Shown here in pieces: positions 1 to 8,325 of a stretch of 27,807 bases of DNA. Under the pieces are notes generated by a model, which was given only the letters and a program-made list of their open reading frames with translations, had not been told where the DNA came from and searched no databases. The stretch is from a virus (Duplodnaviria > Caudoviricetes): the IMG/VR virus record IMGVR_UViG_3300037785_000027, positions 1 through 27,807 of that record. The stretch is one strand, 5' to 3'. Each line of letters opens with the position of its first letter. Positions within the stretch are counted from its first letter, which is position 1. Position numbers and translations under genes: made by a program.

Positions 1-37
1 CTTCTACGGGGTCGTCGGATAGACGGAAGATGTTCAT
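1..37 (-). CDS. 5' fragment of probable pyrimidine-dimer DNA glycosylase (DenV-like family); runs off window edge
   Basis: ATG at 37 with GAGGT RBS and an upstream promoter. Translation MNIFRLSDDPVE resembles the MNIFxLxxDP N-terminus of this phage family. Only 12 codons are visible. Confidence 0.5.
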   Translation of the reverse strand, partial: MNIFRLSDDPVE

Positions 38-59
38 GGATACCTCTTATCTCAGAGAC

Positions 60-88
60 ACCATACACCAGAAAAAAGTTCAAGTCAA
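60..88 (-). promoter_or_regulatory. sigma70-type early promoter TTGACT-N17-TATGGT
   Basis: Read directly; 17-bp spacer; lies just upstream of the RBS and ATG at 37. Confidence 0.75.
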
Positions 89-101
89 GTGAATTTTTTG
101 G

Positions 102-130
102 TTGACATCTACCCGGTTTTTGGGTATAAT
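102..130 (+). promoter_or_regulatory. perfect-consensus sigma70 promoter TTGACA-N17-TATAAT pointing antisense into the 143..829 gene
   Basis: TTGACA at 102-107, spacer 108-124, TATAAT at 125-130; back-to-back with the minus-strand promoter at 60-88. Confidence 0.7.
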
Positions 131-142
131 GACTGTAACGTC

Positions 143-829
143 TTAGAAGTTCTTTGAAGAGTCTTTAAAGTGGAGGTCGGCAATGTGGGTAAGCATAGAA
201 AGATATTTCTGACGAAAGCGTACCGCTTTCAGTCCGCCCACGCGGACTAGTTCTTCGTTCGTGGCGTTGATCCAGTCTTCCTTAGTCTTGGTAACGCAGT
301 CGAACTGAATGGTGGAGTCCATGAAGGTTACCTGATAATCTAGCCCGCTTATAGACAGTGGAGGTCTGGTCGTAGTGTCCGTGACGTGAGCTTTGCCTGA
401 AACGTTCGTGGTGACGCAAGCGCTATGGCTAGCTTGCGCATACTCGGACAGTACAGCCTCAGAAAACACCTCAGCGCCACCGTAAACCCTAGCATAGTTC
501 ATAGCCACAGCTTCGTGGAAGAGGAAAGCTCGGTCCATGACCATAGCGTGATCTTGAACTATCGCAGAATCCCATATCTTGGCATGACCCTGTACGGTAG
601 CGTGATTTCGAACCTTAGCATTGTGCTGGATCGAAGCATGGTCCATCACCTTAGCTTCGTCGTAGACCCAGCAATCGCCTTCTTGAGAGAGGTTGTCGTA
701 GCTCTCTACGAACCCACCTAGATCCCCCGTTTTCACGTCGGCAAAGTCTTTCAGGGCTTCGATTCGATGTAGAGTCTTGCCCTCTACCTTTATCAAGTCA
801 TCCGTTAGCGCGTACTTGTGCTTCGTCAT
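143..829 (-). CDS. hexapeptide-repeat (left-handed beta-helix-like) phage protein
   Basis: N-terminal LHRIEALKDFADVKTGDLGGFVESYDNLSQEGDCWVYD motif common in phage proteins, followed by [V/I]xxxAx hexapeptide repeats. Confidence 0.75.
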   Translation of the reverse strand: MTKHKYALTDDLIKVEGKTLHRIEALKDFADVKTGDLGGFVESYDNLSQEGDCWVYDEAKVMDHASIQHNAKVRNHATVQGHAKIWDSAIVQDHAMVMDRAFLFHEAVAMNYARVYGGAEVFSEAVLSEYAQASHSACVTTNVSGKAHVTDTTTRPPLSISGLDYQVTFMDSTIQFDCVTKTKEDWINATNEELVRVGGLKAVRFRQKYLSMLTHIADLHFKDSSKNF

Positions 830-1478
830 ATTGTCTTCTCACCTGTATGAATTTCTGTAGATAGTCATGTGGACGAACCGTAAAGACTTGGGGATCAGAT
901 CCGTCTACCGTAATGATGATGACCGCTTTCTTGGCCGCTAATCCAGTCCGTTCATAGAAAGCTCCTGCGTAGAACGAGGCTTGCAAGAAGTATCCCTCGA
1001 TCCACTCTTTCTTCTTGGGCTTCCTAGAAGTCTTGAAGTCGATGACGGAGAGTTCCCCGTCGTACTCAGCAATGCAGTCTACTCTACCCGCCGTTCGAAG
1101 CTTATCACTATATAGCGGAGCCTCTTGGTACCAGATTCGGTTGACGTGTCGGTCAAGGATGGGCTTGATCTGGTTGAACGAAAACAGGTTCGCAGGCATA
1201 GCGCCCTTGTTCCAGTCTGGCTTGTTGTTCAGGTAGTCTTCGGCTAGCTGGTGGACTGCGGTACCGCGAGTTGCGGCTTGGCGCATGATCTTGTCCGCTT
1301 CTTCGTCCCCGACTCGCTTGCGCCATTGATCTATGCCGTCCTTCTTCATAGACCCCAGAACTGTAGTCACCGATGGGTAAGCGTTGCCATCTGGGGTGTA
1401 GTAAGTCCGCCCGGTTTCTAGGGTCTCACACTCTAGCTCAGGCAGGTGAAAGTTCGGCCTTACATGTTCAAACAGCAC
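798..1478 (-). CDS. PD-(D/E)XK exonuclease (Cas4-like fold, T4-like phage type)
   Basis: Motifs YPSVTTVL, RGTAVH, QEAPLYS and AGRVDCIAEYDGELSVIDFKTS. Confidence 0.85.
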   Translation of the reverse strand: MLFEHVRPNFHLPELECETLETGRTYYTPDGNAYPSVTTVLGSMKKDGIDQWRKRVGDEEADKIMRQAATRGTAVHQLAEDYLNNKPDWNKGAMPANLFSFNQIKPILDRHVNRIWYQEAPLYSDKLRTAGRVDCIAEYDGELSVIDFKTSRKPKKKEWIEGYFLQASFYAGAFYERTGLAAKKAVIIITVDGSDPQVFTVRPHDYLQKFIQVRRQYDEAQVRANG

Positions 1479-1959
1479 CAGTCTTGATCTCTCCAGTTAC
1501 AGCCCGAATTTGGAATTCGGGTAGTTCCAAGTCTTTAATGAAGGAGTAGTCTGCCCCGCGGTCGTACGACAGCGATATGTGAGGCTTAAACGAGTCCCAT
1601 CGATCTTCAAATCCCATGGCTTCAAACTTAGCTCTTAGCTTGGAGATGCTAGGAGATTGTATCAGAATGACGGGGATGCTCTTGTCTGGTCCTAGTAGCT
1701 CGAAGCCGATGAACTCCACGTCGTCGATAGCCGCGTTGAAGGTTTGGTTCGGCGTATCGTGGGTCGATGTAGTATAGAACACGGTGGTGTGAAAGTCAAA
1801 GTCTTTCGGGTCCTGCTTCTCTTGGTTGAAGTCTATCCCGAGGTTGAACCCGCTCTCCATAGCCCAGTCTCGAAGTCGCTTTTGCGAGGCGTCGTCGTAG
1901 ACCACCGCTACGTATTTGCTTTCTTTCTGTTCGGCTAAGAAGTCCGAGAAGCTTTTCAT
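1468..1959 (-). CDS. acb1: 2H phosphoesterase, homologue of T4 gp57B/Acb1 anti-CBASS nuclease
   Basis: Two HxT/S motifs (FHTTVFY and FKPHISLSY) about 70 aa apart, an N-terminal YVAV, and 163 aa length. This mirrors the T4 57B pattern (YVAA / HSTICYS / PHITLSY) as I recall it. Confidence 0.75.
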   Translation of the reverse strand: MKSFSDFLAEQKESKYVAVVYDDASQKRLRDWAMESGFNLGIDFNQEKQDPKDFDFHTTVFYTTSTHDTPNQTFNAAIDDVEFIGFELLGPDKSIPVILIQSPSISKLRAKFEAMGFEDRWDSFKPHISLSYDRGADYSFIKDLELPEFQIRAVTGEIKTGAV

Positions 1960-2330
1960 CCTATAGTCACCTTTCCTGATCCAGTAGTTATCACGTGGTT
2001 GAAGCTAGTGCCGCCGTTGTAGGTGTCGCCTATGCGCGCTACGCGCTTGCCCTCGAACGTCACTTTACTAGAGTATGTATCTGCGAACGGAGTGTGGTTT
2101 ACTGGGGATGGAACGCAAGGATCTCCGTCGGGGTGTGCAGCCATCAAGTCGTTTTCGACCACGGGGTAGTTGCCCTCAATGGTCACCTTCGTGATGGTCT
2201 TGGGTCCAGAGACTTGAACAGACGGAGCGTTCCAGTTGAACTTGGGGTCCGGGGCACATTGCGTCCCCTTAGTCCCATCCGTGCATTCTACCACACTGAG
2301 TCCCTCTGCGAACGCGGCGAAGTCAGCCAT
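1956..2330 (-). CDS. PAAR-domain tail spike tip protein (gp5.4-like)
   Basis: SSKVTFEGKRVARIGD and ITTGSGKVTIG motifs; His/Cys metal ligands (HPDGDPC...NH). Confidence 0.8.
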   Translation of the reverse strand: MADFAAFAEGLSVVECTDGTKGTQCAPDPKFNWNAPSVQVSGPKTITKVTIEGNYPVVENDLMAAHPDGDPCVPSPVNHTPFADTYSSKVTFEGKRVARIGDTYNGGTSFNHVITTGSGKVTIG

Positions 2331-2475
2331 CTTCCTCTTCCTCGTCTATCATGAAGTCTATGATTGCGATTGGATCCCAACCTAGTTGACGCAGAACTTC
2401 TACTGGCACGTCGAAGGACAGTTGCCCGTCCTCGACTATGCACTTGGCCATGTACTCTTTCTTGGAGTCCGTCAA
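2323..2475 (-). CDS. 50-aa acidic small protein, possibly AbrB-like (absent from ORF track)
   Basis: MTDSKKEYMAKCIVEDGQLSFDVPVEVLRQLGWDPIAIIDFMIDEEEEDG. TTG start overlaps the phoH stop and the ORF fills the gap exactly. PxEVLRQLGW resembles AbrB-type motifs. Confidence 0.6.
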   Translation of the reverse strand: MTDSKKEYMAKCIVEDGQLSFDVPVEVLRQLGWDPIAIIDFMIDEEEEDG

Positions 2476-3221
2476 GACTGTAGCTCCGTACGATTCTTGG
2501 CGATGATGTAGGACTTCACTAGGTCGCTGCGGACGATGTCGTCTTCGAAGAACTCCACGAAGCTTATCTCGGGCATCTTCTTGATGATCTTGATGAAGTC
2601 TTTCAGACCTGATTCTTCGTTGAAGCGTTTGCTGGTCAAGTCGTCCTGACGAATGTCTCCAGCGAAGAACACCTTACAGTCTTGACCTACGCGAGTCATC
2701 ACCGTGTCACATTCTTGGAAGGAGCAGTTCTGCATCTCGTCTACGATGATGATGCAGTTGTTGAACGTGGTCCCTCTCAGGAACGAGGTAGACTTGAACT
2801 CGACGATGTCTTTCTGTTTGAGGATGCCGTACGCGTCTCCACGTCCAAAGATGTCGGTGCAGATTGGAGGGTAGACTTCTTCGTATACCGCTTCTTTCTG
2901 TTTCTGAGAACCTGGCAAGAATCCCTGATTTCGCGTAGCTACGGTCGAGCGTACGATGTAAACCTTTTCGTATGGGGTCTTGCGGTCATAGACGTCTCGA
3001 AGGGCGAAGTATAGCGCCAGAAACGTCTTACCTGTTCCTGCTACTCCGTGAAGCATCATGTTGCTTCCTTTTCTCCAGCAATCGAACGCTTCTTGCTGAG
3101 CTAGCGTCATTGGCTGGATGTCTTCGTTTATCGCGAACGAAGACCGATTGAGGTTCCCCTCTGCATCGATAATTCCCTCTTGCCGCTGGATTCTTTTTTG
3201 TTTTCGTGAGAGGCGTGGCAT
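2472..3221 (-). CDS. phoH: PhoH-family ATPase
   Basis: Motifs GVAGTGKT, GFLPG, FLRGTTF, IIVDEMQN, TRVG, GDIRQ and DIVRS. Confidence 0.95.
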   Translation of the reverse strand: MPRLSRKQKRIQRQEGIIDAEGNLNRSSFAINEDIQPMTLAQQEAFDCWRKGSNMMLHGVAGTGKTFLALYFALRDVYDRKTPYEKVYIVRSTVATRNQGFLPGSQKQKEAVYEEVYPPICTDIFGRGDAYGILKQKDIVEFKSTSFLRGTTFNNCIIIVDEMQNCSFQECDTVMTRVGQDCKVFFAGDIRQDDLTSKRFNEESGLKDFIKIIKKMPEISFVEFFEDDIVRSDLVKSYIIAKNRTELQS

Positions 3222-3230
3222 CTGGACTCC

Positions 3231-3467
3231 TTATGTCCTAGTCTGGATGTTAGACCCCGGGTTCTTCTTCTTGGCATTCTTGAGCAGGTCTTGGAAGCCA
3301 TCCGGCGTCTTAGTAATACCCATCCTCACCGGATCTCCAAAGCTTGGAGCCGAGAATTGCATTTTGAGGTGGGGGTGGTCTAACAGGAATTGGTCGACTT
3401 CTTTGATAGACAGATATTCGACCACTTCGGTGTTATCTCTGGTGTCGTTGAAAACGTAACGTGGCAT
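3231..3467 (-). CDS. conserved small phage protein (FmdB-like N-terminus, no Cys) typically found upstream of phoH
   Basis: MPRYVF start, C-terminal GFQDLLKNAKKKNPGSNI, AGGAG RBS. Confidence 0.7.
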   Translation of the reverse strand: MPRYVFNDTRDNTEVVEYLSIKEVDQFLLDHPHLKMQFSAPSFGDPVRMGITKTPDGFQDLLKNAKKKNPGSNIQTRT

Positions 3468-3479
3468 ATCGACTCCTAT

Positions 3480-3513
3480 AATAAAGAAGGGGCAGTAGCG
3501 CGACTACTGCCCC
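3480..3513 (-). terminator. rho-independent terminator-like hairpin
   Basis: GGGGCAGTAG-tcgcg-CTACTGCCCC (10-bp perfect stem) followed by TTCTTTATT on the minus strand. Confidence 0.7.
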
Positions 3514-3532
3514 ATTGCATTCATCGCAATGT

Positions 3533-3540
3533 TATTTATT
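3533..3540 (-). promoter_or_regulatory. T4-like late promoter (AATAAATA)
   Basis: One mismatch from TATAAATA; intergenic; upstream of the operon that includes PAAR. Confidence 0.6.
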
Positions 3541-4121
3541 CACGCCAACGCTTGGTAGATTTCTCTCCAGCCGTTGACTACGCGAATACCACGCTCCATC
3601 AGACGAATTTGTTCCGACTTGTTATGATCGTGGTGCACCAAGAAGCTGTCTAGCCCCAGTTCGTGACCTAGCTCCGCGTTGCTGACTTTGTCTTCTACCC
3701 ACGGAAGATAGGAGTTCTGATACTCCGACAAAGCGTCTCGCTTGCCATCCCCAACGCAGACTACCCGCTCGAAGACACCTGGACCAAATACTCGGTCTAG
3801 GTTCTCCTTTCGAGCTTCTACGGTCATCGGGTCCGACCCCACCGAAGTTACGCAGTGGAAGACGACTCCGTGGTCTTCGTAGAACTTTCGAACGTACTTG
3901 TAAGCGTCCCGTAGCGGGGTGAGCTTAGCGAAGTACAGAGACTGGTTGAAGTCTTCGATCAGACGATCCGCTGCCTCAGAGGTTGTCCCGTAAGTAGCTG
4001 CGATGCAGTACTCGTCGGTGGTCTTCTTGGAAAGACCCCTACTGACAGCCCAGCGGTCAAAGGAGTGCTCCCAATCTAAGAGCACCCCATCGCAGTCGGT
4101 GAGAATCACCTTGTTCATCAT
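3540..4121 (-). CDS. HAD-family 5'(3')-nucleotidase-like protein (T4 gp30.2-like)
   Basis: ILTDCDGVLLDW (DxDG) motif and WVEDKVSNA. Start trimmed to MMNKVIL because a separate small ORF occupies 4126-4296. Confidence 0.8.
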   Translation of the reverse strand: MMNKVILTDCDGVLLDWEHSFDRWAVSRGLSKKTTDEYCIAATYGTTSEAADRLIEDFNQSLYFAKLTPLRDAYKYVRKFYEDHGVVFHCVTSVGSDPMTVEARKENLDRVFGPGVFERVVCVGDGKRDALSEYQNSYLPWVEDKVSNAELGHELGLDSFLVHHDHNKSEQIRLMERGIRVVNGWREIYQALA

Positions 4122-4125
4122 ATCT

Positions 4126-4296
4126 TTAGTTCCCCTTGAAGAAGTCTTCACGTTGTCGAGACTTGTTGCGGCGTTCATTCTGGATACGCGCTTTCTTCTT
4201 GTCGTATCGCTTCCCGTCGCGTTTGGGTTTTTGCTCGCCCTCTTGATAGTAGGATTCGCTTTCCATCCAGTCTTGAAAGTTCTTGCTCTTAGCCAT
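4126..4296 (-). CDS. 56-aa highly charged small protein (absent from ORF track)
   Basis: MAKSKNFQDWMESESYYQEGEQKPKRDGKRYDKKKARIQNERRNKSRQREDFFKGN; overlaps the upstream stop and fills the gap. Confidence 0.65.
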   Translation of the reverse strand: MAKSKNFQDWMESESYYQEGEQKPKRDGKRYDKKKARIQNERRNKSRQREDFFKGN

Positions 4297-4729
4297 CGGT
4301 CTTAGCTTTGTCGCCCTTTGTCTTGATGATCGGTCCGAATGCTTCGTTGATAGTGTCCGCTGTCAGCCCTTTGAACGGCTTGCGCTCTAGCATCTGTTCC
4401 AGGATCTTTGCGTCCTCAGCCGAGACCGTCTCCATGATTTCGATCATGATCATCTCGCGTTTGATCTGAGGAATGTTGTCCCCAGCCAGTCCCTTCACGA
4501 TATATTTCAGTTTACGTGCCGCGCGATACAGAGCCATTGGGCCACCGTTCTCGGCTGGGTTGTTCTGGTATGGAGCGCCAGGACCCACGTACAGTTCGTG
4601 GCTCTGGTCGTAAGTGAGGATGAGGATGTTTCGCAGAACAACGCTGTTGTTGTCTCGCAGCCACTGCACCTTTTGCTCTTTTTTGCGAAGTTTCGAGGCA
4701 GTGTTGATTACCTCACTGATGGGTAACAT
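4289..4729 (-). CDS. conserved T4-like phage protein (DUF6433-like) next to RNase H
   Basis: MLPISEVI...LRNILILTYD...KREMIMIEIMETVSAEDA pattern; synteny with rnh. Confidence 0.7.
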   Translation of the reverse strand: MLPISEVINTASKLRKKEQKVQWLRDNNSVVLRNILILTYDQSHELYVGPGAPYQNNPAENGGPMALYRAARKLKYIVKGLAGDNIPQIKREMIMIEIMETVSAEDAKILEQMLERKPFKGLTADTINEAFGPIIKTKGDKAKTDG

Positions 4730-4743
4730 TCTATAGGTTCTCC

Positions 4744-5604
4744 TTAGAAGTCGTTGATGTTTTCGATTAGTAGCTTCAGGCGATTTTGGATGAAGAAGTT
4801 TAGCAGCTTGCTACGCCCGATGGTCTTCTCCTCGTTATATTTATCTAGGATTTTAGCCTTCAAATCCTCGGGAGTTTCGCTCAGATCCACGAGCTTCTTG
4901 TTGCGATACCAGTTTCGCCGAGTGTTCTCTTCCACTTGGTCGAGGTTTTCGAGTTGCTTCAGGCGCTTAGCCGTCATCGGGCGCTGACGTTCTCCGATCA
5001 CGAGGCAGTTGTCGCTAGACAGCACGTTGGGGATGCCATCGCCAGTGTCGCCACGCGCGATGTGTTCGAACAGGTAAGCTTCGGGGTCCGAGTGCTTAAC
5101 CCACTTCTTCTGGCTCGGGCTGTACTGCACCACGTTGGCATACTTTTGTAGCTGGATGTAGTCTTTGTCGCCAGATAGGATCAGGATCCTATCTTTCTTG
5201 TCTCCAGAGTTCAGAGGCGTACCATACGTGTGGCAGATCGTACCGATGATGTCGTCAGCCTCTGCCTTGTCGATTTCGATCACCTTGTAGGGAAAGAACT
5301 CGTCTAGCTCGGAACGGATCTTGTTCAGGGTGTTGAAGATGTTGTTCCAGTCGATGTCCGAGTTCTCGCGGGCTTTGCGCCGAGCCGCTTTGTAGTAGGG
5401 GAAGATGTCCCGACGCCAGTAGTGACGTCCGTCAGCACAGATCACCAACTCTCCATACTCGTCTCCGAATTTCTTGCGAATGCTTCGCAGGGAGTTGAGG
5501 ACGAAGTGCCGAAGCATGTTCTCGTCTAGCTCGGCGTTGCTGTGGCTGCCAAGTTGCATCATCAGGTTGGCAATCATCACCTGATTGAGGTCTACCAAAA
5601 TCAT
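4744..5604 (-). CDS. rnh: T4-like RNase H / 5'-3' exonuclease
   Basis: Motifs MILVDLNQV, YWRRDIFPYYKA, EADDIIG, SGDKDYIQL and GDTGDGIPN. Confidence 0.95.
   Translation of the reverse strand: MILVDLNQVMIANLMMQLGSHSNAELDENMLRHFVLNSLRSIRKKFGDEYGELVICADGRHYWRRDIFPYYKAARRKARENSDIDWNNIFNTLNKIRSELDEFFPYKVIEIDKAEADDIIGTICHTYGTPLNSGDKKDRILILSGDKDYIQLQKYANVVQYSPSQKKWVKHSDPEAYLFEHIARGDTGDGIPNVLSSDNCLVIGERQRPMTAKRLKQLENLDQVEENTRRNWYRNKKLVDLSETPEDLKAKILDKYNEEKTIGRSKLLNFFIQNRLKLLIENINDF
4838..4845 (-). promoter_or_regulatory. possible late promoter (GATAAATA) embedded in the 3' end of rnh
   Basis: Encoded with AAA/TAT codons where these genes usually use AAG/TAC; about 110 bp upstream of the next gene. 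Confidence 0.35.
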
Positions 5605-5629
5605 TTCAAGTTCTCCTGTGTTCTCTCAT

Positions 5630-5658
5630 ACTATAGACTATGTAAGCGTCCTTGTCAA
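5630..5658 (-). promoter_or_regulatory. early promoter TTGACA-N17-TATAGT upstream of rnh
   Basis: Read directly; followed by an AGGAG RBS. Confidence 0.8.
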
Positions 5659-6845
5659 GAGAACACGCGCAGAATCAGAGTTCGGTCGTTGCAGCGACCA
5701 TTGGCGCCTTGGGGCTTGGAGTTGATAGCTTCGAACTTCTTCCCTGCCTGAAGCTTGGTACCCTTCAAGAAGTCTCCGAGAGCCTCTTCAGGCTTGCGAA
5801 TCTTCTTCTGGAAAGAGGCTTCGAGGTCGATGTTCTGAATCGTAGTCCCCTTGACCTCGAAGCCAGTAGCGCTCGAAGTGTGGAGAATCGTCAGGTTTCG
5901 AGTTCCAGTATCGAACAGGAGTATGGTCTTGGCTCCGACGATCTTTTCAGGAGACGTGCTAGTAACCTTGAGGGTATCGCTCGACTTGAGATACTTCAGG
6001 CTAGCCGTCTGTTGGGTAGAAGTCTTGACTTTCTTGGTGCGCGGCTTTCGCACCGCTTGCTTCGAAGCCACGTACTTCTCACAGTCCGAGACGATCTCTT
6101 CTAGGACGCTCAGGAGCTTCTTCTTCTTGGCGACTGACAGGTGCTCATATCCCTCGCGAAGCTCTTTAGCTTCTACCGACTTCACGCGGTTGTTGCACAC
6201 CAGCGCGATCTCATCTCGAATCGGCTGATAGTACTCCATGCAGCGTTTCGCGAGGATAGCAGGAGCTTCTTGGGACACCAGAGTCGTGTACAGGTTCAAT
6301 GGCTCCGTAGCCGTGTAGACTTGGTCGAGGTACTCTTCGACCTGGGCGATGAAGTCTGACGTCCGCTCTTTCACGATCTCTGCTGGACTCTTGCGAGTGG
6401 GAGTCGCGACTGGTTTCGGGGTCTCTTCTTCCTCGACTTCCTCGACGGTCTCTTCTGCGGCCATCAGTTCTTCGATCTTGCGGTCGAAGAAGCTCTGGCT
6501 CTTCTCGTCTAGGATAGCGCCGTTCGAGAGGATCTTAGCCAGACCGCCGAGAGTGGGGCTAATCTTCCAGTCTGGAGTCGAGCGAACCGCTTTGACCAAG
6601 TCGGTATTCTTGTTCTTCTTGGCCCAGTCGAGCAACCACTTAGCAGCGGTCTTGTAGTCGTAGAAGTAGCCATAGTGGCGCAGACACCGACCAACTTCTC
6701 GGTTCATGTCTTCGGGCGCGACTTGAGACCAGTCTACGATCTCGGGGCCGATGTGCTTCTCTTCCATAAGCAGAGAAGCCTTCGACCCACGGGCTGGGGT
6801 CGAAGGCGCTTTCGTCTTCTTGCGTTTCAGTTTAGCTACAGCCAT
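5655..6845 (-). CDS. conserved hypothetical protein of T4-like phages (396 aa)
   Basis: Long ORF with RBS and promoter; C-terminal GFEVKGTTIQNID...KKIRKP...NGRCNDRTLILRV pattern; function unknown. Confidence 0.75.
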   Translation of the reverse strand: MAVAKLKRKKTKAPSTPARGSKASLLMEEKHIGPEIVDWSQVAPEDMNREVGRCLRHYGYFYDYKTAAKWLLDWAKKNKNTDLVKAVRSTPDWKISPTLGGLAKILSNGAILDEKSQSFFDRKIEELMAAEETVEEVEEEETPKPVATPTRKSPAEIVKERTSDFIAQVEEYLDQVYTATEPLNLYTTLVSQEAPAILAKRCMEYYQPIRDEIALVCNNRVKSVEAKELREGYEHLSVAKKKKLLSVLEEIVSDCEKYVASKQAVRKPRTKKVKTSTQQTASLKYLKSSDTLKVTSTSPEKIVGAKTILLFDTGTRNLTILHTSSATGFEVKGTTIQNIDLEASFQKKIRKPEEALGDFLKGTKLQAGKKFEAINSKPQGANGRCNDRTLILRVFS

Positions 6846-6868
6846 GTGTGTTCTCCTTGTTCAAGAGA

Positions 6869-6897
6869 ACCCTAGCATATCAAGAATCTCTTGTCAA
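6869..6897 (-). promoter_or_regulatory. early promoter TTGACA-N17-(TGC)TAGGGT
   Basis: Read directly; the -35 box lies in the last codons of the glycosyltransferase gene. Confidence 0.75.
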
Positions 6898-7824
6898 CAT
6901 GTTATTTAGAAGGGCTGTCCACTGATGCGCGCGGTCTTCCCATCCATATTGTTTGTTAGTCATCTTGGATACGTTGCTTCGAACCGCCGGAAGTTCTGGA
7001 TTGGCTCGAACCGTCTGGACCGCGTGAGTCAAGTAGTGGTGGAACGTCTGGGCGTGTTCGTTGCGGTCAGGCGTGTACTCATACATGATAGTACGTCCAG
7101 CAGAGGTCTCAGGCAACGCACCTAGAGACGAGTGGACGCAGATCAAGCCTGCTGCCATAGCTTCGATCAGGCACAGACAGGAGGTCTCCTGCCAGGTCGA
7201 AGGGTAAGCCAAGATGTCGTAGTCTAGCAGGTCCTTTCGAATCTGTTCGTTAGACACCGTTCCATGATTGACGATCTGAGGGTGAGCGTCGAGCTGGTCG
7301 AACAGGTCTTGGTAGGCCTTATCGCTATGCTCCCATCCGTATAGCTTGAACGAAGAGTATACATGAAGCTCTATGTCAGGATCCGTCTTAGCCATGTGCT
7401 CAAACACGGCGTACAGGATGTCGAGGCCACGATGTGGTGTGCTAAAGTACACCAGCTTGACCTTACGGTCTCCCTCGTTTCGAATCTTCGGGACGTACGC
7501 GATCGGCTCAATCGCGTTCAAAAGAGTCGTGGATTTCTCGTACGGAACTCCAAGAATCTCGTGGTACATCGAACGCTGCCAGTGAGAGACGAAAACGATC
7601 TGGTCGTACTTCTCGTGGCCGCCGTTCGCTAGATGCGCGACTTCCGGGTCTCGTGGCAAGTCATGGCACCAGAGAATCTTCTTGCGATTAGGATCTAGCT
7701 CCCTCACCCTCGAAGCGATGATTTGGAACTGATCCAACAGAGCAGGATCTACACGCCGTTCGAGACCGAGTTGCATCAACTCGGTCCCTCCCATTGCTTT
7801 GCGGTTAAGTTCGTTGAACTCCAT
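6880..7824 (-). CDS. GT-B (family 4-like) glycosyltransferase
   Basis: Motifs MGGTE, LWCHD, FVSHWQ, STPHRGL and YPSTWQETSCLCLIEAMAAG (EX7E). Confidence 0.9.
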   Translation of the reverse strand: MEFNELNRKAMGGTELMQLGLERRVDPALLDQFQIIASRVRELDPNRKKILWCHDLPRDPEVAHLANGGHEKYDQIVFVSHWQRSMYHEILGVPYEKSTTLLNAIEPIAYVPKIRNEGDRKVKLVYFSTPHRGLDILYAVFEHMAKTDPDIELHVYSSFKLYGWEHSDKAYQDLFDQLDAHPQIVNHGTVSNEQIRKDLLDYDILAYPSTWQETSCLCLIEAMAAGLICVHSSLGALPETSAGRTIMYEYTPDRNEHAQTFHHYLTHAVQTVRANPELPAVRSNVSKMTNKQYGWEDRAHQWTALLNNMLTRDS

Positions 7825-7826
7825 GC

Positions 7827-8093
7827 TCAGACTGTCTCTACTTCGACTTCTTTAGAAGCCGAGAGGAGACGATCCCAACGGAACGAACGCCAGCCCTCTA
7901 CTTCTAGGTCCCATACAGCTTGGACGTCGGGGTTGACAGCCCGCTTCGGTTTCGACTCGTCTACGATAGTCTCAGGCACTAAGCCTTCAGCCAGGGTGCA
8001 TCGCATGGTGCGAATCGAACCATCGCTCTTAGTGAACTCTAGGGACACGACCCCGTCCCGGAGTAGCGTGATCACGTCTTCTTTATTCATCAT
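7827..8093 (-). CDS. SH3-fold WYL_2/DUF2693-like protein
   Basis: FTKSDGSIRTMRCTL and VWDLEVEGWRSF motifs. Confidence 0.75.
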   Translation of the reverse strand: MMNKEDVITLLRDGVVSLEFTKSDGSIRTMRCTLAEGLVPETIVDESKPKRAVNPDVQAVWDLEVEGWRSFRWDRLLSASKEVEVETV

Positions 8094-8325
8094 GGTTTAG
8101 TTCCTTCTTCAGGTCTTCATATCCGCCGATCAAGCGGTCTAGGAGAAAAACTCTCGGGATAGTTCGAAACGGCTCCCCGTTCAAGCGCTTCTCCAGCTGG
8201 GTTAAGCCGTCTCCCTCTGTGATGTCGTAGTAATCGTAAGGGAGTCCGGCCTCTTCGAGAAGCTGGACCGCCATCTTACAGTAAGAACACCAAGCGGCTC
8301 CAAAGACTTCGTACTTAGCCACCAT
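8083..8325 (-). CDS. glutaredoxin (T4 NrdC-like)
   Basis: WCSYC active site, TIPRVF cis-Pro loop, IGGYEDL. Confidence 0.9.
   Translation of the reverse strand: MVAKYEVFGAAWCSYCKMAVQLLEEAGLPYDYYDITEGDGLTQLEKRLNGEPFRTIPRVFLLDRLIGGYEDLKKELNHDE

Noticed and set aside
400-660. Apparent nucleotide periodicity
   Set aside because: Explained by hexapeptide repeats in the encoded protein, not a DNA repeat array.
798-1478. Cas4-like nuclease as evidence of a CRISPR system
   Set aside because: No repeat array, no other cas genes and no four-Cys Fe-S motif. This is a common standalone T4-like phage exonuclease.
6903-6909. CTAAATA as a late-promoter variant
   Set aside because: It lies inside coding sequence, departs from the ATAAATA core, and an early promoter is adjacent. 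Too weak to call.
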